A stretch of DNA of 36,186 nucleotides, taken from sequence record DRR723986_9267; one strand, written 5' to 3'. A model generated the notes under the pieces. The model ran no database searches. It had not been told where the DNA came from and saw only the letters and a program-made list of their open reading frames with translations. A program made the translations under genes and the position numbers. Shown here one piece after another: positions 18,165 to 27,236 of this stretch (its first letter is position 1; each line of letters starts with the position of its first letter).

Positions 18165-19049
18165 ATGCCCCTGATCGGTTATGCCCGCGTATCGACCGAA
18201 GATCAGACCCCCCTGCCCCAGTCGCAGGCCCTGAAATCCGCGGGTTGCGCCGAGATCCATGAAGAACAGGCCTCGGGCGGCAATCGTGCGCGACCGGTGC
18301 TTGCGCGGGTGTTGGAACGCATCGGCAAAGGCGACACGCTGGTCGTCGTGCGGATCGACCGCCTCGCGCGATCCCTCTCGCATCTCCTGGAGGTGATCGA
18401 GCGGCTGGAGGCGAAGGGAGCCTTCTTCCGCTCGCTGACCGATCCGATCGATACGTCCTCGCCTCAGGGCAAGTTCACCCTGCAGGTCCTCGGCGCCGCG
18501 GCCGAGTTCGAGCGCGCCCTGATCCGCGAACGCACCAAGGCCGGCCTGGCCAGCGCACGGACCAAAGGCCGGGTTGGCGGCAATCCGGGCCTGCGCGCGC
18601 GGGATCCGGCGGCGCTGCGCAAGGTGAGGCTAGCCCGGCAGGACGGCTACATGGAACGGCTGAACGAGACAGCGCAGGACTGGGTTCCCCATGTCCGCCG
18701 CCTGCGCCCCGACTTGGCTTGGGAAGACGTAGTCCGAGTCGTCAACGGCCCCCTGCCCCGCGAGCGCCAGTGGACGCAAAGCCGTCTTCTGCGCGCGGTC
18801 AACGCCTATGTCCGCGACGGCTTTCTGCCCGAGACTGTGCTCGCCCGGGCTGGCCGCCGCGAGACCGACGACCGCCTGCCCGCCATCGTCGCCGCCATCA
18901 AGGGCGCGGACCCCGACATCACGCTTCAGGCGATTTGCACCCGGCTGGAGGCGATGCGCGAGCGCACGCCCCGTGGGCGGACAAGCTGGCAACCCTCCTC
19001 GGTGAAGATGCTGCTGGAACGGGCTGAGAGACTGGGGCTGCTTGAGTAG
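18165..19049 (+). CDS. Serine recombinase/resolvase with extended C-terminus
   Basis: LIGYARVST, VVVRIDRLARS, AEFERALIRERT. Confidence 0.93.
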   Translation: MPLIGYARVSTEDQTPLPQSQALKSAGCAEIHEEQASGGNRARPVLARVLERIGKGDTLVVVRIDRLARSLSHLLEVIERLEAKGAFFRSLTDPIDTSSPQGKFTLQVLGAAAEFERALIRERTKAGLASARTKGRVGGNPGLRARDPAALRKVRLARQDGYMERLNETAQDWVPHVRRLRPDLAWEDVVRVVNGPLPRERQWTQSRLLRAVNAYVRDGFLPETVLARAGRRETDDRLPAIVAAIKGADPDITLQAICTRLEAMRERTPRGRTSWQPSSVKMLLERAERLGLLE

Positions 19050-19127
19050 TCGAGCTACCTTGCAAATCCTCCACGACATGGAAGGATTACAAGGTTGTGG
19101 TCAGTTCCACGCTCAGTAGCTGTCCGG

Positions 19128-19523
19128 TCATGTAAAGGGGTTGACGATGCAAAGCTGGCCTTCGACTAGCAGGCCATCTTGCATGTCCTCGCTCCACAGC
19201 GTGGTACACCCCGCAACCAAAGCGCTGGCCACGATCATCGCGTCGTAGATCGAGAAGCCGTAGCGTTCAGCCAAAGCGCGGCCGACGTCATGGGTCTGAA
19301 GGGTCAGGTCTTCGACGGGACACAAGGCGCGCATGCCTTCGAGAAAGGTCGCTGCTTCCTCCCAACTGAGGCCAGCTTTGCGGCGGCAGTTCACCAGTGA
19401 CTCGTTTAGAACCTGAACGCTGATCCGGGGCCCCTGCCCCAGGATGACCTCGGCGCGATCGGCCTTCGGGCCGTCGTCGAGCAGGTAAAGAACGACATTC
19501 GTGTCCGCGAACTCAGCGCTCAT
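19128..19523 (-). CDS. vapC: PIN-domain toxin (VapC family)
   Basis: FADTNVVLY, QVLNE, SIYDAMIVASAL, LWSEDMQDG; overlaps the upstream antitoxin. Confidence 0.92.
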   Translation of the reverse strand: MSAEFADTNVVLYLLDDGPKADRAEVILGQGPRISVQVLNESLVNCRRKAGLSWEEAATFLEGMRALCPVEDLTLQTHDVGRALAERYGFSIYDAMIVASALVAGCTTLWSEDMQDGLLVEGQLCIVNPFT

Positions 19524-19740
19524 GCGCGTCGTCGCGGCTCAGACGTTCTGCTGCGGACAACTTGCCCCGGAAGCGGCGCAGGCCGGTCAGCACCTCATCC
19601 GCACGAGCAAGGCGACGGACTCTGACCCGACCGTCGTCCTTGACCAGGTCGATCTGATCACCCTCCTTGAGACCAAGCTCTCGGACGAGCTCCGCGGGCA
19701 AACGGACGGCCAGCGAGTTACCCCATTTTGCGACCTGCAT
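19513..19740 (-). CDS. AbrB/MazE-type antitoxin
   Basis: VAKWGNSLAVRLP...LGLKEGD. Confidence 0.92.
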   Translation of the reverse strand: MQVAKWGNSLAVRLPAELVRELGLKEGDQIDLVKDDGRVRVRRLARADEVLTGLRRFRGKLSAAERLSRDDAHER

Positions 19741-19755
19741 CTTGAACTCCCATGT

Positions 19756-19781
19756 GGATATACGTCTTGTAATGTATATCC
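19756..19781. promoter_or_regulatory. Inverted repeat, probable TA autorepression operator
   Basis: GGATATAC-N10-GTATATCC, 15 bp upstream of the antitoxin ATG. Confidence 0.7.
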
Positions 19782-19949
19782 GAAAGGTTCCTAAGACAAG
19801 CCTGCCCCCGAACCCGAGCTACTCTTGTGTATGACGCACCGAATGACACCAAATCTAGAAAGAGCTTGCACGAATCTGATAGCTCGGGCAATAGTCTCGA
19901 TAAATAACGAGCGATCACATAAAAAACGCGCCCACGAATCGAGGCAGAG

Positions 19950-21143
19950 ATGAGCGAAGCTGAGCAGGACCTGGACATTGCCATCGGGCACTACGCAGAG
20001 CTTCTTGCGTCCAATCTTCATGCGCAACGTGCTGCCCACTTCCCTCCCGACGCCAAAAAAGTCATGCGCAGCCTGACCAGCGGCGAGGCGGCCGAGTTGC
20101 TTGGCGTCGATCATACCTACCTTCGCAAGCTTCATCGAGAAGGAAAGATCGCTGACGTCGAAACCACTGCGGGCAGCCACCGGCGATATACCCTCGATGA
20201 TATCTGGGAGATTCGTCACGCCCTTGAGGCAAACGCGAAGAAGCCTGGAACCTACGTTCCGGGGCGTCGGGCCGGTGACGAGCTTCAGATTGTCTCTGTT
20301 GTGAATTTCAAAGGCGGCAGCGGGAAAACGACAACATCCGCTCACCTTGCACAGCGCTTGGCTCTCAAGGGATATCGTGTCCTTGCGATCGATCTGGATC
20401 CCCAGGCATCCCTTTCCGCGCTTCATGGCATCCAGCCTGAGCTGGACCTGATGGAGGGTGGCACGCTGTACGATGCGGTTCGCTACGATGAACCGGTCCC
20501 GATCTCGGACGTGATCCGCAAGACCTACATCCGTGGTCTTGACCTGATTCCCGGGAACCTCGAGCTCATGGAATTCGAACATGAGACGCCGGCAGCCATC
20601 CAGCGCGGCGGTGCCCGGGCGTTCTTTGCCCGTGTGCGTGACGCGCTGGACAGTGTCGAAGCGGACTATGACGTTGTCGTCATCGACTGTCCGCCGCAGC
20701 TTGGCTTCTTGACCATGTCCGCCCTTTCAGCATCTTCTGGGGTGCTTGTTACCGTTCACCCGCAAATGCTCGATCTGATGTCCATGTCGCAGTTTCTGCG
20801 AATGACCGCTGATCTGCTTGGCGTCATCCGGGATGCTGGCGCAAACCTTCGCTTCGACTGGCTGCGCTTTCTGCCGACCCGCTATAAGGTGGGTGATGCC
20901 CCGCAAACCGAGGTCATTGCCTTCATCCGGGGTCTGTTCGGCAGGTCAGTGCTGACCAACCACATGGTTGAGTCGACTGCGATCTCTGATGCAGGGCTGA
21001 CGAAGCAGACGCTCTACGAGGCCGACAAGAAGGACTTCACGCGTCAGACTTTCGATCGTGCAATCGAATCCATGAACGCCGTCAACGACGAGATCGCGGC
21101 GATCATCCAGAACACGTGGGGACGCAATGGCAAGAAAGCCTAA
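19950..21143 (+). CDS. repA: Plasmid partitioning ATPase RepA (ParA family)
   Basis: N-terminal HTH, NFKGGSGKTT, DLDPQAS, IDCPPQLG; first gene of repABC. Confidence 0.96.
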   Translation: MSEAEQDLDIAIGHYAELLASNLHAQRAAHFPPDAKKVMRSLTSGEAAELLGVDHTYLRKLHREGKIADVETTAGSHRRYTLDDIWEIRHALEANAKKPGTYVPGRRAGDELQIVSVVNFKGGSGKTTTSAHLAQRLALKGYRVLAIDLDPQASLSALHGIQPELDLMEGGTLYDAVRYDEPVPISDVIRKTYIRGLDLIPGNLELMEFEHETPAAIQRGGARAFFARVRDALDSVEADYDVVVIDCPPQLGFLTMSALSASSGVLVTVHPQMLDLMSMSQFLRMTADLLGVIRDAGANLRFDWLRFLPTRYKVGDAPQTEVIAFIRGLFGRSVLTNHMVESTAISDAGLTKQTLYEADKKDFTRQTFDRAIESMNAVNDEIAAIIQNTWGRNGKKA

Positions 21144-22059
21144 ACTGGGACTGCCACTGCAGACCCTGCGCAACGCGCCCGACGCTCTTGAGGGGCGCAG
21201 GCTGCGTGGCGGCGTTTTCGAAATCGAGCCTGACCAAATCGAAACCACAGGTCGGCTCGATGACCGGCTGCAGATCGAGACTGAAGGCCTCAAGGCGTCA
21301 ATTTCCAAGAACGGACAGCGAGTACCAATCCTCGTCCGGCCGCTTGAGGGTGATCGCTACAGCCTGATCTATGGCCGTCGTCGACTGGAAGCTTGTAGAG
21401 AACTTGGGATCAAGGTCCGCGCCATTGTCACAGAGATGGAGGGCGATCAGGCACTTCGTGATCAGCTGTTGGAGAACCAGGAGCGGCGGGATCTAAGCTT
21501 CATCGAACGAGCGCTTGTTGCCGCAGCCTTGCTCGACGGTGACCATCTGAGCGCATCCGAACGCACCAACAAGGGTGTCGCCGAGGTTCTCAATCTGACC
21601 GAGGCAGGAGTGTCGCAGCTGTTAAGCGTGGTCCGCACCGTTGGGGAGGACCTGGTCCTCGCCATCGGTGCCGCTCCGGGCATTGGTCGGCCCAGGTGGG
21701 AAGAGCTCAAGAAGTTGCTGGGGGCTACGGATGCCGATCGCGAACTGCTTGCAGCTTTGGCGGGTGAGGCCAAGACATCCTACCAAGGCGGTATTGACGA
21801 GAAATCCGATCATGCATTTTTGGCCGTCCTCTCTGCTGCAGGGAAGCCCGAACAGACCACATCCTCGTCTCGCCCTCGCGGGCGGCCCAGCACGGTGATT
21901 CCGGGGGTCGGTGCCGCCACTGTCACGACCGGACGTCGTGGAAAGCAACTCAAGCTCGAGTTGAAGGCCGAGGAGAGCGATTTTGTCAGCTGGCTCGAGG
22001 GCAACGCCCCGCAGCTGATCGCCGAGCTTCACGAGCGCTGGAAGCGTTCGGAAGACTGA
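21127..22059 (+). CDS. repB: Plasmid partitioning protein RepB (ParB family)
   Basis: GQRVPILVRP, YGRRRL, ENQERRDLSFIE, IGAAPGIGRPRW. Confidence 0.95.
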   Translation: MARKPKLGLPLQTLRNAPDALEGRRLRGGVFEIEPDQIETTGRLDDRLQIETEGLKASISKNGQRVPILVRPLEGDRYSLIYGRRRLEACRELGIKVRAIVTEMEGDQALRDQLLENQERRDLSFIERALVAAALLDGDHLSASERTNKGVAEVLNLTEAGVSQLLSVVRTVGEDLVLAIGAAPGIGRPRWEELKKLLGATDADRELLAALAGEAKTSYQGGIDEKSDHAFLAVLSAAGKPEQTTSSSRPRGRPSTVIPGVGAATVTTGRRGKQLKLELKAEESDFVSWLEGNAPQLIAELHERWKRSED

Positions 22060-22098
22060 GGAAGAGCAACAACCAAAAAGGAGGCACGAGACAGGCAG

Positions 22099-22187
22099 AA
22101 AAGAAAAAGGCCCCGAGAAGCAAGCTTCACGAGACCTTTCTTAGGTTTCGCACGGGACCAGCCCGCTACAAAACTTCAGTTTTCGCA
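22099..22187 (-). ncRNA. Counter-transcribed antisense RNA (ctRNA) of the repABC replicon; ends approximate
   Basis: Minus-strand promoter immediately upstream and a terminator GGUCUCG-UGAAGCUUGCUUCU-CGGGGCC-UUUUUCUUUU whose G.U pairs form only on the minus strand; canonical repB-repC location. Confidence 0.8.
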
Positions 22188-22193
22188 CCTCTG

Positions 22194-22222
22194 AATGTAG
22201 CGATCTGGCCCCTTTCCCGCAA
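22194..22222 (-). promoter_or_regulatory. Sigma70-type promoter of the ctRNA
   Basis: TTGCGG-N17-TACATT on the minus strand. Confidence 0.7.
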
Positions 22223-22260
22223 GCGCAAAGCGATTCGCGGGCCAGGGAAATTTTGCCTTC

Positions 22261-23484
22261 GTGAATGACATCATGGATTACACACCGATTTCGCCGTTTA
22301 TGCGGCCGATATCGTACGCCCATCTGCGCGTCGTCGAGCGTCCTGAGGCGTCTGTTCCCGGCAAGCCCGTCAACAAGTGGGAGCTCCTCCGCGAGCTGTC
22401 CAAGGCACAGGCCGCCTTTCGGGTTTCCGAGCGCGATCTGACCGTTCTTCAGGGGCTTCTCAGCTTCTTTCCGGATGATGCGCTTGGCGGGAACACCGAA
22501 ATGGTCGTCTTCCCATCCAACAAGGCGATCTGCGAGCGGCTGAACGGGATGCCTTGCTCGACGATGCGTCGTCACCTCGCCCGGTTGGTAGAGGCAGGCT
22601 TGCTCATGCGGCGCGATAGCCCAAATGGGAAGCGGTATGTGCGCAAGCGTGGTGAAGATCGCGTGGCCTTCGGCTTTGACCTCTCCCCGCTCTATTGCCG
22701 GGCAGAGGAGATTGCACGGGCCGCAGAGGCCGTGCGTGAGGCCGAGGACCGTGTGCGGCGACTGAGGGAGGTGGTGAGCCTCATGCGTCGCGACCTGGCC
22801 GCTCTGGCGGAGTTCGGCGAGGACATCCAGCCCGGGCTTGGCCTATGGGACCAGCTCCGCTACACGGCCGCTCTCACGGCCCGCGCTCTTCGCCGCAAGC
22901 TTTCGCTTGAGGATCTGTCGGCATTCCGGACTGAACTGGAGACCCTTCTTGATCATGCACGCAACGTCATTGATGGTCCTGAAACGGAAGAAATGAACAC
23001 CAATGATGCCCATTTTGAGCGTCACCATCATAATTCAAATGAAGAATCTATAGATCTTGAACCTGCCTTAGAAAAAGGCGGGGCGGCGGGCGGCGCGCCT
23101 GATGATGATACGGGTGAGCCCGTGGCTAACGGTGAAGAGCATGACACGAGGCGGGTGCCGAAAATTCCACTCCACCTGGTAATCGCCGGCTGTCCCTCGC
23201 TCAAGACTTTCTATCAGGGCGACATTCGACACTGGCACCAACTTTTCGACGCGGCTTGTCATGTACGGCCGGCCATGGGGATCAGTGTTTCCGCTTGGGA
23301 AGAAGCGCAACGCTGCATGGGACCAGAACAAGCCTCGATCGTCGTCGTGGCCATGCTGGAACGTTTTTCCGAAATCAGGTCTCCGGGTGGATACTTGCGG
23401 GCGCTGACGTCCAAGGCCGCGGCGGGCGAATTCTCTTGCGGTCCGATGGTCATGGCTTTGATCGGTCGGCGAAGTGCGGCTTAA
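22261..23484 (+). CDS. repC: Plasmid replication initiator RepC
   Basis: VVFPSNKAI, RRDSPNGKRY, FGFDLSPL, IRSPGGYLRAL; AT-richer internal patch near 23.0 kb (expected oriV). Start may be the ATG at 22273. Confidence 0.96.
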   Translation: MNDIMDYTPISPFMRPISYAHLRVVERPEASVPGKPVNKWELLRELSKAQAAFRVSERDLTVLQGLLSFFPDDALGGNTEMVVFPSNKAICERLNGMPCSTMRRHLARLVEAGLLMRRDSPNGKRYVRKRGEDRVAFGFDLSPLYCRAEEIARAAEAVREAEDRVRRLREVVSLMRRDLAALAEFGEDIQPGLGLWDQLRYTAALTARALRRKLSLEDLSAFRTELETLLDHARNVIDGPETEEMNTNDAHFERHHHNSNEESIDLEPALEKGGAAGGAPDDDTGEPVANGEEHDTRRVPKIPLHLVIAGCPSLKTFYQGDIRHWHQLFDAACHVRPAMGISVSAWEEAQRCMGPEQASIVVVAMLERFSEIRSPGGYLRALTSKAAAGEFSCGPMVMALIGRRSAA

Positions 23485-23543
23485 CAGCTGTTAAGTTTCA
23501 ACGTCATCGGAGTTCAGTTGGCCTGACTTAACAGCTGTTAAGT
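23480..23543. promoter_or_regulatory. Two parS-like palindromes
   Basis: CTTAACAGCTGTTAAG at 23480-23495 and ACTTAACAGCTGTTAAGT at 23526-23543, directly after repC. Confidence 0.85.
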
Positions 23544-23567
23544 TGCCTCTTGGCAACCATACGATCG

Positions 23568-23645
23568 TCGAGAGGGAAAGGAGTGTTGGTTTGAGGGTGA
23601 CGGGAAGTGAGATCGGGAGAGTGGCTTCCGACGCCCGTCGTGGAG
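23568..23645 (+). repeat. Structured leader family A, copy 1 (before the ParB-domain gene)
   Basis: TCGAGAG-N11-TTGGTT-N7-GACGGG..TCGGGAGAGTGGCTTCCGACGCCCGTCGTGGAG; homologous to 34279-34356. Confidence 0.75.
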
Positions 23646-23653
23646 AAGATCTG

Positions 23654-25831
23654 ATGACCAAAGCTGTCCAGAAAATCACCCTGTCCCCTTCACGGGATAT
23701 CCCTTTTGACAAGCTGGTGCTGAGCCAGTCCAATGTGCGGCGCATCAAGGCTGGCGTATCCGTCGAGGAACTGGCCGAAGATATCGCTCGCCGCGGTCTC
23801 TTGCAAAGCCTGAGCGTGCGGCCAGTCTTGGCTGACGATGGGACCCAGACCGGCAAGTTCGAGATCCCGGCCGGTGGCCGCCGGTTCCAAGCATTGTCCC
23901 TGCTGGTGAAGCAGAAGCGTTTGACAAAGACCACGCCCATTCCCTGCATCGTCCGCGATGCCGCGTCCAGCATCCTGGCCGAGGACGATTCCCTTGCAGA
24001 AAACTTGCAGCGCGTCGCCCTGCACCCGCTCGACCAGTTCCGTGCGTTTGTGGCGCTGCGGGATAAGGGCCAGAGCGATGCAGAGATTGCTGCGGCCTTC
24101 TTCGTGACGCCGCAGGTCGTGAAGCAGCGCTTGAAACTCGCTTCCGTCGCCCCTGCCCTGCTTGAGATCTATGCCGAGGACGGCATGACGCTGGAGCAGC
24201 TCATGGCCTTCACCGTGAATCCTGATCACGCGCGTCAGGTTCAGGTCTGGGATGTGATCGATTCATCCTGGAACAAGGAGCCATTCCAAATCCGGCGGAT
24301 GCTGACCGAGACCTCGGTCCGGGCGTCTGACCGACGCGCGGTCTTTGTGGGTGTTGAGGCCTATGAAGCGGCGGGCGGCACGATGTTGCTTGACCTGTTC
24401 CAGGGCGATGACGGTGGCTGGCTCGAAGACCCAGCCCTGCTCGATCGGCTGGTGGCGGACAAACTCCAGGCCGAGGCTGAGAAGGTTGCCGTTGAGGGCT
24501 GGAAGTGGATCGAGGTCGCGCTTGACCTGCCCTACGGCTACAACCACGGGCTGCGGTCCCTGTCCGGTAATCCGGCACCAATGACGGATGAGGAAGGTGC
24601 GGCCCATGCCAAGCTGCTCGCCGAGTATCGGGCGTTGGAAGACGAATACGCGGGTCAGGATGAATTCCCCGACGAGATCGACACACGTCTTGGCGAGTTG
24701 GAGGTCGCCATGGAAAAACTCGAGGCCAGGCCATTGATCTTCGACGCGGAGGAGATCGGGCGGGCAGGGGCGTTCGTCACGCTCGACCGCTACGGCGCGC
24801 TGGCCGTCTATCGCGGCTATGTGCGGTCAGAGGATGAGCCTGTTGAGGAGGCCGCGGTCCAGGATGGTACTGATCCTGCGGTAGCGGGGCAGGGGGACGA
24901 TCGTGGTCTCGCCGATGGCCATGGCAGTGCCGCTCATGGCGGAACCGTCATCATGTCGGGTGGCCAGCCGATCGGAGCTGACTTGCCGGAGGATGAGGAC
25001 GACGGGGCGCTGAAGCCGCTGCCAGAGCGGTTGGTCATGGAGTTGACGGCCCACCGGACGCTGGCGCTGCGTGAAGCGATCGGTCGCTCGCCGGATGTCG
25101 CGCTGACACTTTTGCTTCTGAAGCTCGTCACTGACACCTTCCGTACCTCCGGGGCGTCAGGCAGCTGCCTCGAGGCATCTGTGCGTCAGGTCTATATGTC
25201 AGCGCAAGCGAGCGATCTGAAGGACAGCGTGGTGGCCAAGCTGGTCGACGAACGTCATGCGGAATGGGAAGCCGATCTGCCGCTTGGCGATGATGCAGCG
25301 CTCTGGGACTATCTGGAGGTCCTCGACCAGGGCAGCCGTCTGGCCTTGCTGGCGCATTGCCTCAGCTTCGGCGTCAACGCGCTGCATGAGAAGGTGAACC
25401 CTTACGGGGCAGGCATCTCCGCAGGCGGTCTGACCCGTCGTATGGCGCATGCCGATCTCGTGGCGCGTGCCGTCGATCTCGATATGGTCGAGGCGGGTTG
25501 GGAGCCGACGGTCGACACCTATCTCAACCGTGTGCCCAAGGCCCGCATCCTCGATGCCGTGCGTGAGGCCAAGGGGGAGGGGACAGCCCAGCTCCTCGAT
25601 CACCTGAAGAAAGGCGAGATGGCCAGTGAGGCCGAGCGCTTGCTGAAGGGCAGCGGCTGGTTGCCCGAGGTCCTGCGCCGGAACGATCTCGTGGCGCTGG
25701 ACGGTGAGGACTGTGCCGAAGGGCAGGGGACGGATGTCGAAGTGGCTGACAGCGTCAGTGAAGCTGACCTTCCTGCATTCCTGATGGATGACCTGCCTGC
25801 TCAAGGCGCGTCGATGCTGGCCGCCGAATAG
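23654..25831 (+). CDS. Large ParB/RepB/Spo0J N-domain protein
   Basis: SNVRR, GLLQSL, AGGRRFQAL, SLAENLQRVALHPLDQF, C-terminal GSGWLPEVLR; GGAG RBS before the ATG at 23654. Confidence 0.9.
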   Translation: MTKAVQKITLSPSRDIPFDKLVLSQSNVRRIKAGVSVEELAEDIARRGLLQSLSVRPVLADDGTQTGKFEIPAGGRRFQALSLLVKQKRLTKTTPIPCIVRDAASSILAEDDSLAENLQRVALHPLDQFRAFVALRDKGQSDAEIAAAFFVTPQVVKQRLKLASVAPALLEIYAEDGMTLEQLMAFTVNPDHARQVQVWDVIDSSWNKEPFQIRRMLTETSVRASDRRAVFVGVEAYEAAGGTMLLDLFQGDDGGWLEDPALLDRLVADKLQAEAEKVAVEGWKWIEVALDLPYGYNHGLRSLSGNPAPMTDEEGAAHAKLLAEYRALEDEYAGQDEFPDEIDTRLGELEVAMEKLEARPLIFDAEEIGRAGAFVTLDRYGALAVYRGYVRSEDEPVEEAAVQDGTDPAVAGQGDDRGLADGHGSAAHGGTVIMSGGQPIGADLPEDEDDGALKPLPERLVMELTAHRTLALREAIGRSPDVALTLLLLKLVTDTFRTSGASGSCLEASVRQVYMSAQASDLKDSVVAKLVDERHAEWEADLPLGDDAALWDYLEVLDQGSRLALLAHCLSFGVNALHEKVNPYGAGISAGGLTRRMAHADLVARAVDLDMVEAGWEPTVDTYLNRVPKARILDAVREAKGEGTAQLLDHLKKGEMASEAERLLKGSGWLPEVLRRNDLVALDGEDCAEGQGTDVEVADSVSEADLPAFLMDDLPAQGASMLAAE

Positions 25832-25843
25832 CGTGATCCAGCG

Positions 25844-25864
25844 GGGGGCGGAGATTCCGCCCCC
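25844..25864 (+). terminator. GC-rich hairpin after the ParB-domain gene
   Basis: GGGGGCGGA-gat-TCCGCCCCC; no U-tract. Confidence 0.45.
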
Positions 25865-25930
25865 AATCACCCAATAGCATAACAATATCAATACGATGAG
25901 TGCGATTACTCGCATTCAGAATGAGGAATC

Positions 25931-26404
25931 ATGTCTGCAACAACCATCATCGACACCGGGCCCCTTGGGGCGCTCATTCGCTGCACCGACGGCAGCCCCA
26001 AGCCGCCGGCACGCTTCACGAAGAAGCTGGCGACCTGGGAGCGTTCGAACGGTGTCGGCCGCCTTGTGAAAAAGGAGCCACCCCGGCCTTACGCGACCTG
26101 GACTGCTCCCGCGTCGTTCACGCTGCATGAGGGTAACTTCTCCTCGGACGGGGTGATCCTCGTCACCATCATGCGCAGCCATTCCGCTGACAGTGCCCTC
26201 GTCTTCCAGGTGGCCGAGGAGCCGAAGCCCGGGCAGGTGCGTGTGCTCCTCGACTTCGGCGGCAACACGGAGCTGCTGCATTTGGCGGAATCCATCACCG
26301 CGGCCGAGCTTTGGATCGCCAAGGAAGGATACCGCAACGCGCGGCTTGAGATCGTCGGCGATGAACAGGGCGAAAGGGCAGGGGGCGCGGACCTGGCCGC
26401 CTGA
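25931..26404 (+). CDS. Hypothetical plasmid backbone protein (157 aa)
   Basis: GAGG RBS, coding-like codon usage, co-oriented with the ParB-domain gene. Confidence 0.8.
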   Translation: MSATTIIDTGPLGALIRCTDGSPKPPARFTKKLATWERSNGVGRLVKKEPPRPYATWTAPASFTLHEGNFSSDGVILVTIMRSHSADSALVFQVAEEPKPGQVRVLLDFGGNTELLHLAESITAAELWIAKEGYRNARLEIVGDEQGERAGGADLAA

Positions 26405-26587
26405 GCCCAACTGAAACCGAGGAGCCCGCCCAAGCGCGGGCCTCTCATCCATTACAACCTTGTCCTTTGAGTTCGCGGGGCGCCAAAGGAACCATCCCCA
26501 ACGAAGGACGTCTTCAACCAAGAGCCTGCCCGGGAGGCTGGCGGCGTTAGAAGCATCAGCGGGACAACCGGCTCCAGTCGTCAGGGC

Positions 26588-26784
26588 ACCATCCCTCGCT
26601 CGCCATTCCCTTCCTTGCCCCGAATCCTGTCTTCGAGATCAACCCGCGAGGGGTCGGACTACGGGCAAGCCCGTGCCGCCGGGTGGATTCGGACGAGCCG
26701 AACGCACCCGGTGATGTCAGCCAGTATTCGGGCCTTCGAGGTCCTGTCGCGCGGGGGATGGTCCCCCGCCTCCAAGACAGGAGC
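26588..26784 (+). repeat. Structured leader family B, copy 1
   Basis: GGTCCTGTC..GGGATGGTCCC..AAGACAGGA nested hairpin plus an upstream complementary ACCATCCCTCGC; same architecture as 30862-31064. Confidence 0.7.
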
Positions 26785-26791
26785 CAAACAG

Positions 26792-26956
26792 ATGTCCCGC
26801 AAAGATGCTCACGCCTTCGCCGCCTCCCTCGCCGCCACGCTCATGGTCTCGATCGTCGTCTTCCAGGCTGGGGATGGAACCTTCGGCGCCGTCCCCGCCG
26901 ATGAAATCGACGGAGACGAGGTCGTGATAGTCTCGGAGTACGATCCCTTCGGGTGA
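26792..26956 (+). CDS. 54-aa acidic hypothetical protein
   Basis: AGGAG RBS; MSRKDAHAFAASLAATLMVSIVVFQAGDGTFGAVPADEIDGDEVVIVSEYDPFG; followed by a hairpin. Confidence 0.75.
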   Translation: MSRKDAHAFAASLAATLMVSIVVFQAGDGTFGAVPADEIDGDEVVIVSEYDPFG

Positions 26957-26974
26957 GGCTTCGGCCTCACTTCT
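26953..26974 (+). terminator. Hairpin with C(UUCG)G tetraloop
   Basis: GTGAGGC-TTCG-GCCTCAC-TTCT. Confidence 0.6.
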
Positions 26975-27236
26975 CGAGGGCCGGGGCGCGGCGCAGTCGC
27001 GCCGCCAGGTCTATCTCCGGCCGCGTGATCGGCGGTGCCGATCTGAGAAACGCCTGTAGCCCATCAGGGCAGATCGTAGTGCCCACAGGGCGGGGAGCGG
27101 ACGCTGGAAAAACTTCAGCGCGCACACCTTTGGGCGGAAAAACAGTCACTCGCTGCTTGTTGGAGGTGCGTTCACCCCGCCGTTGCATTGGCGATGTTCG
27201 ACTGGCACAAGGTGCTAACGGGAGGCGGCGAAGCAC

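Noticed and set aside
21616-21626. Partial parS match CAGCTGTTAAG inside repB
   Set aside because: The left arm is missing; it can be explained by coding sequence (QLL).
23480-23543. Mini CRISPR array (two identical palindromes about 30 bp apart)
   Set aside because: Only two 16-bp units, no cas genes, and the position after repC fits parS.
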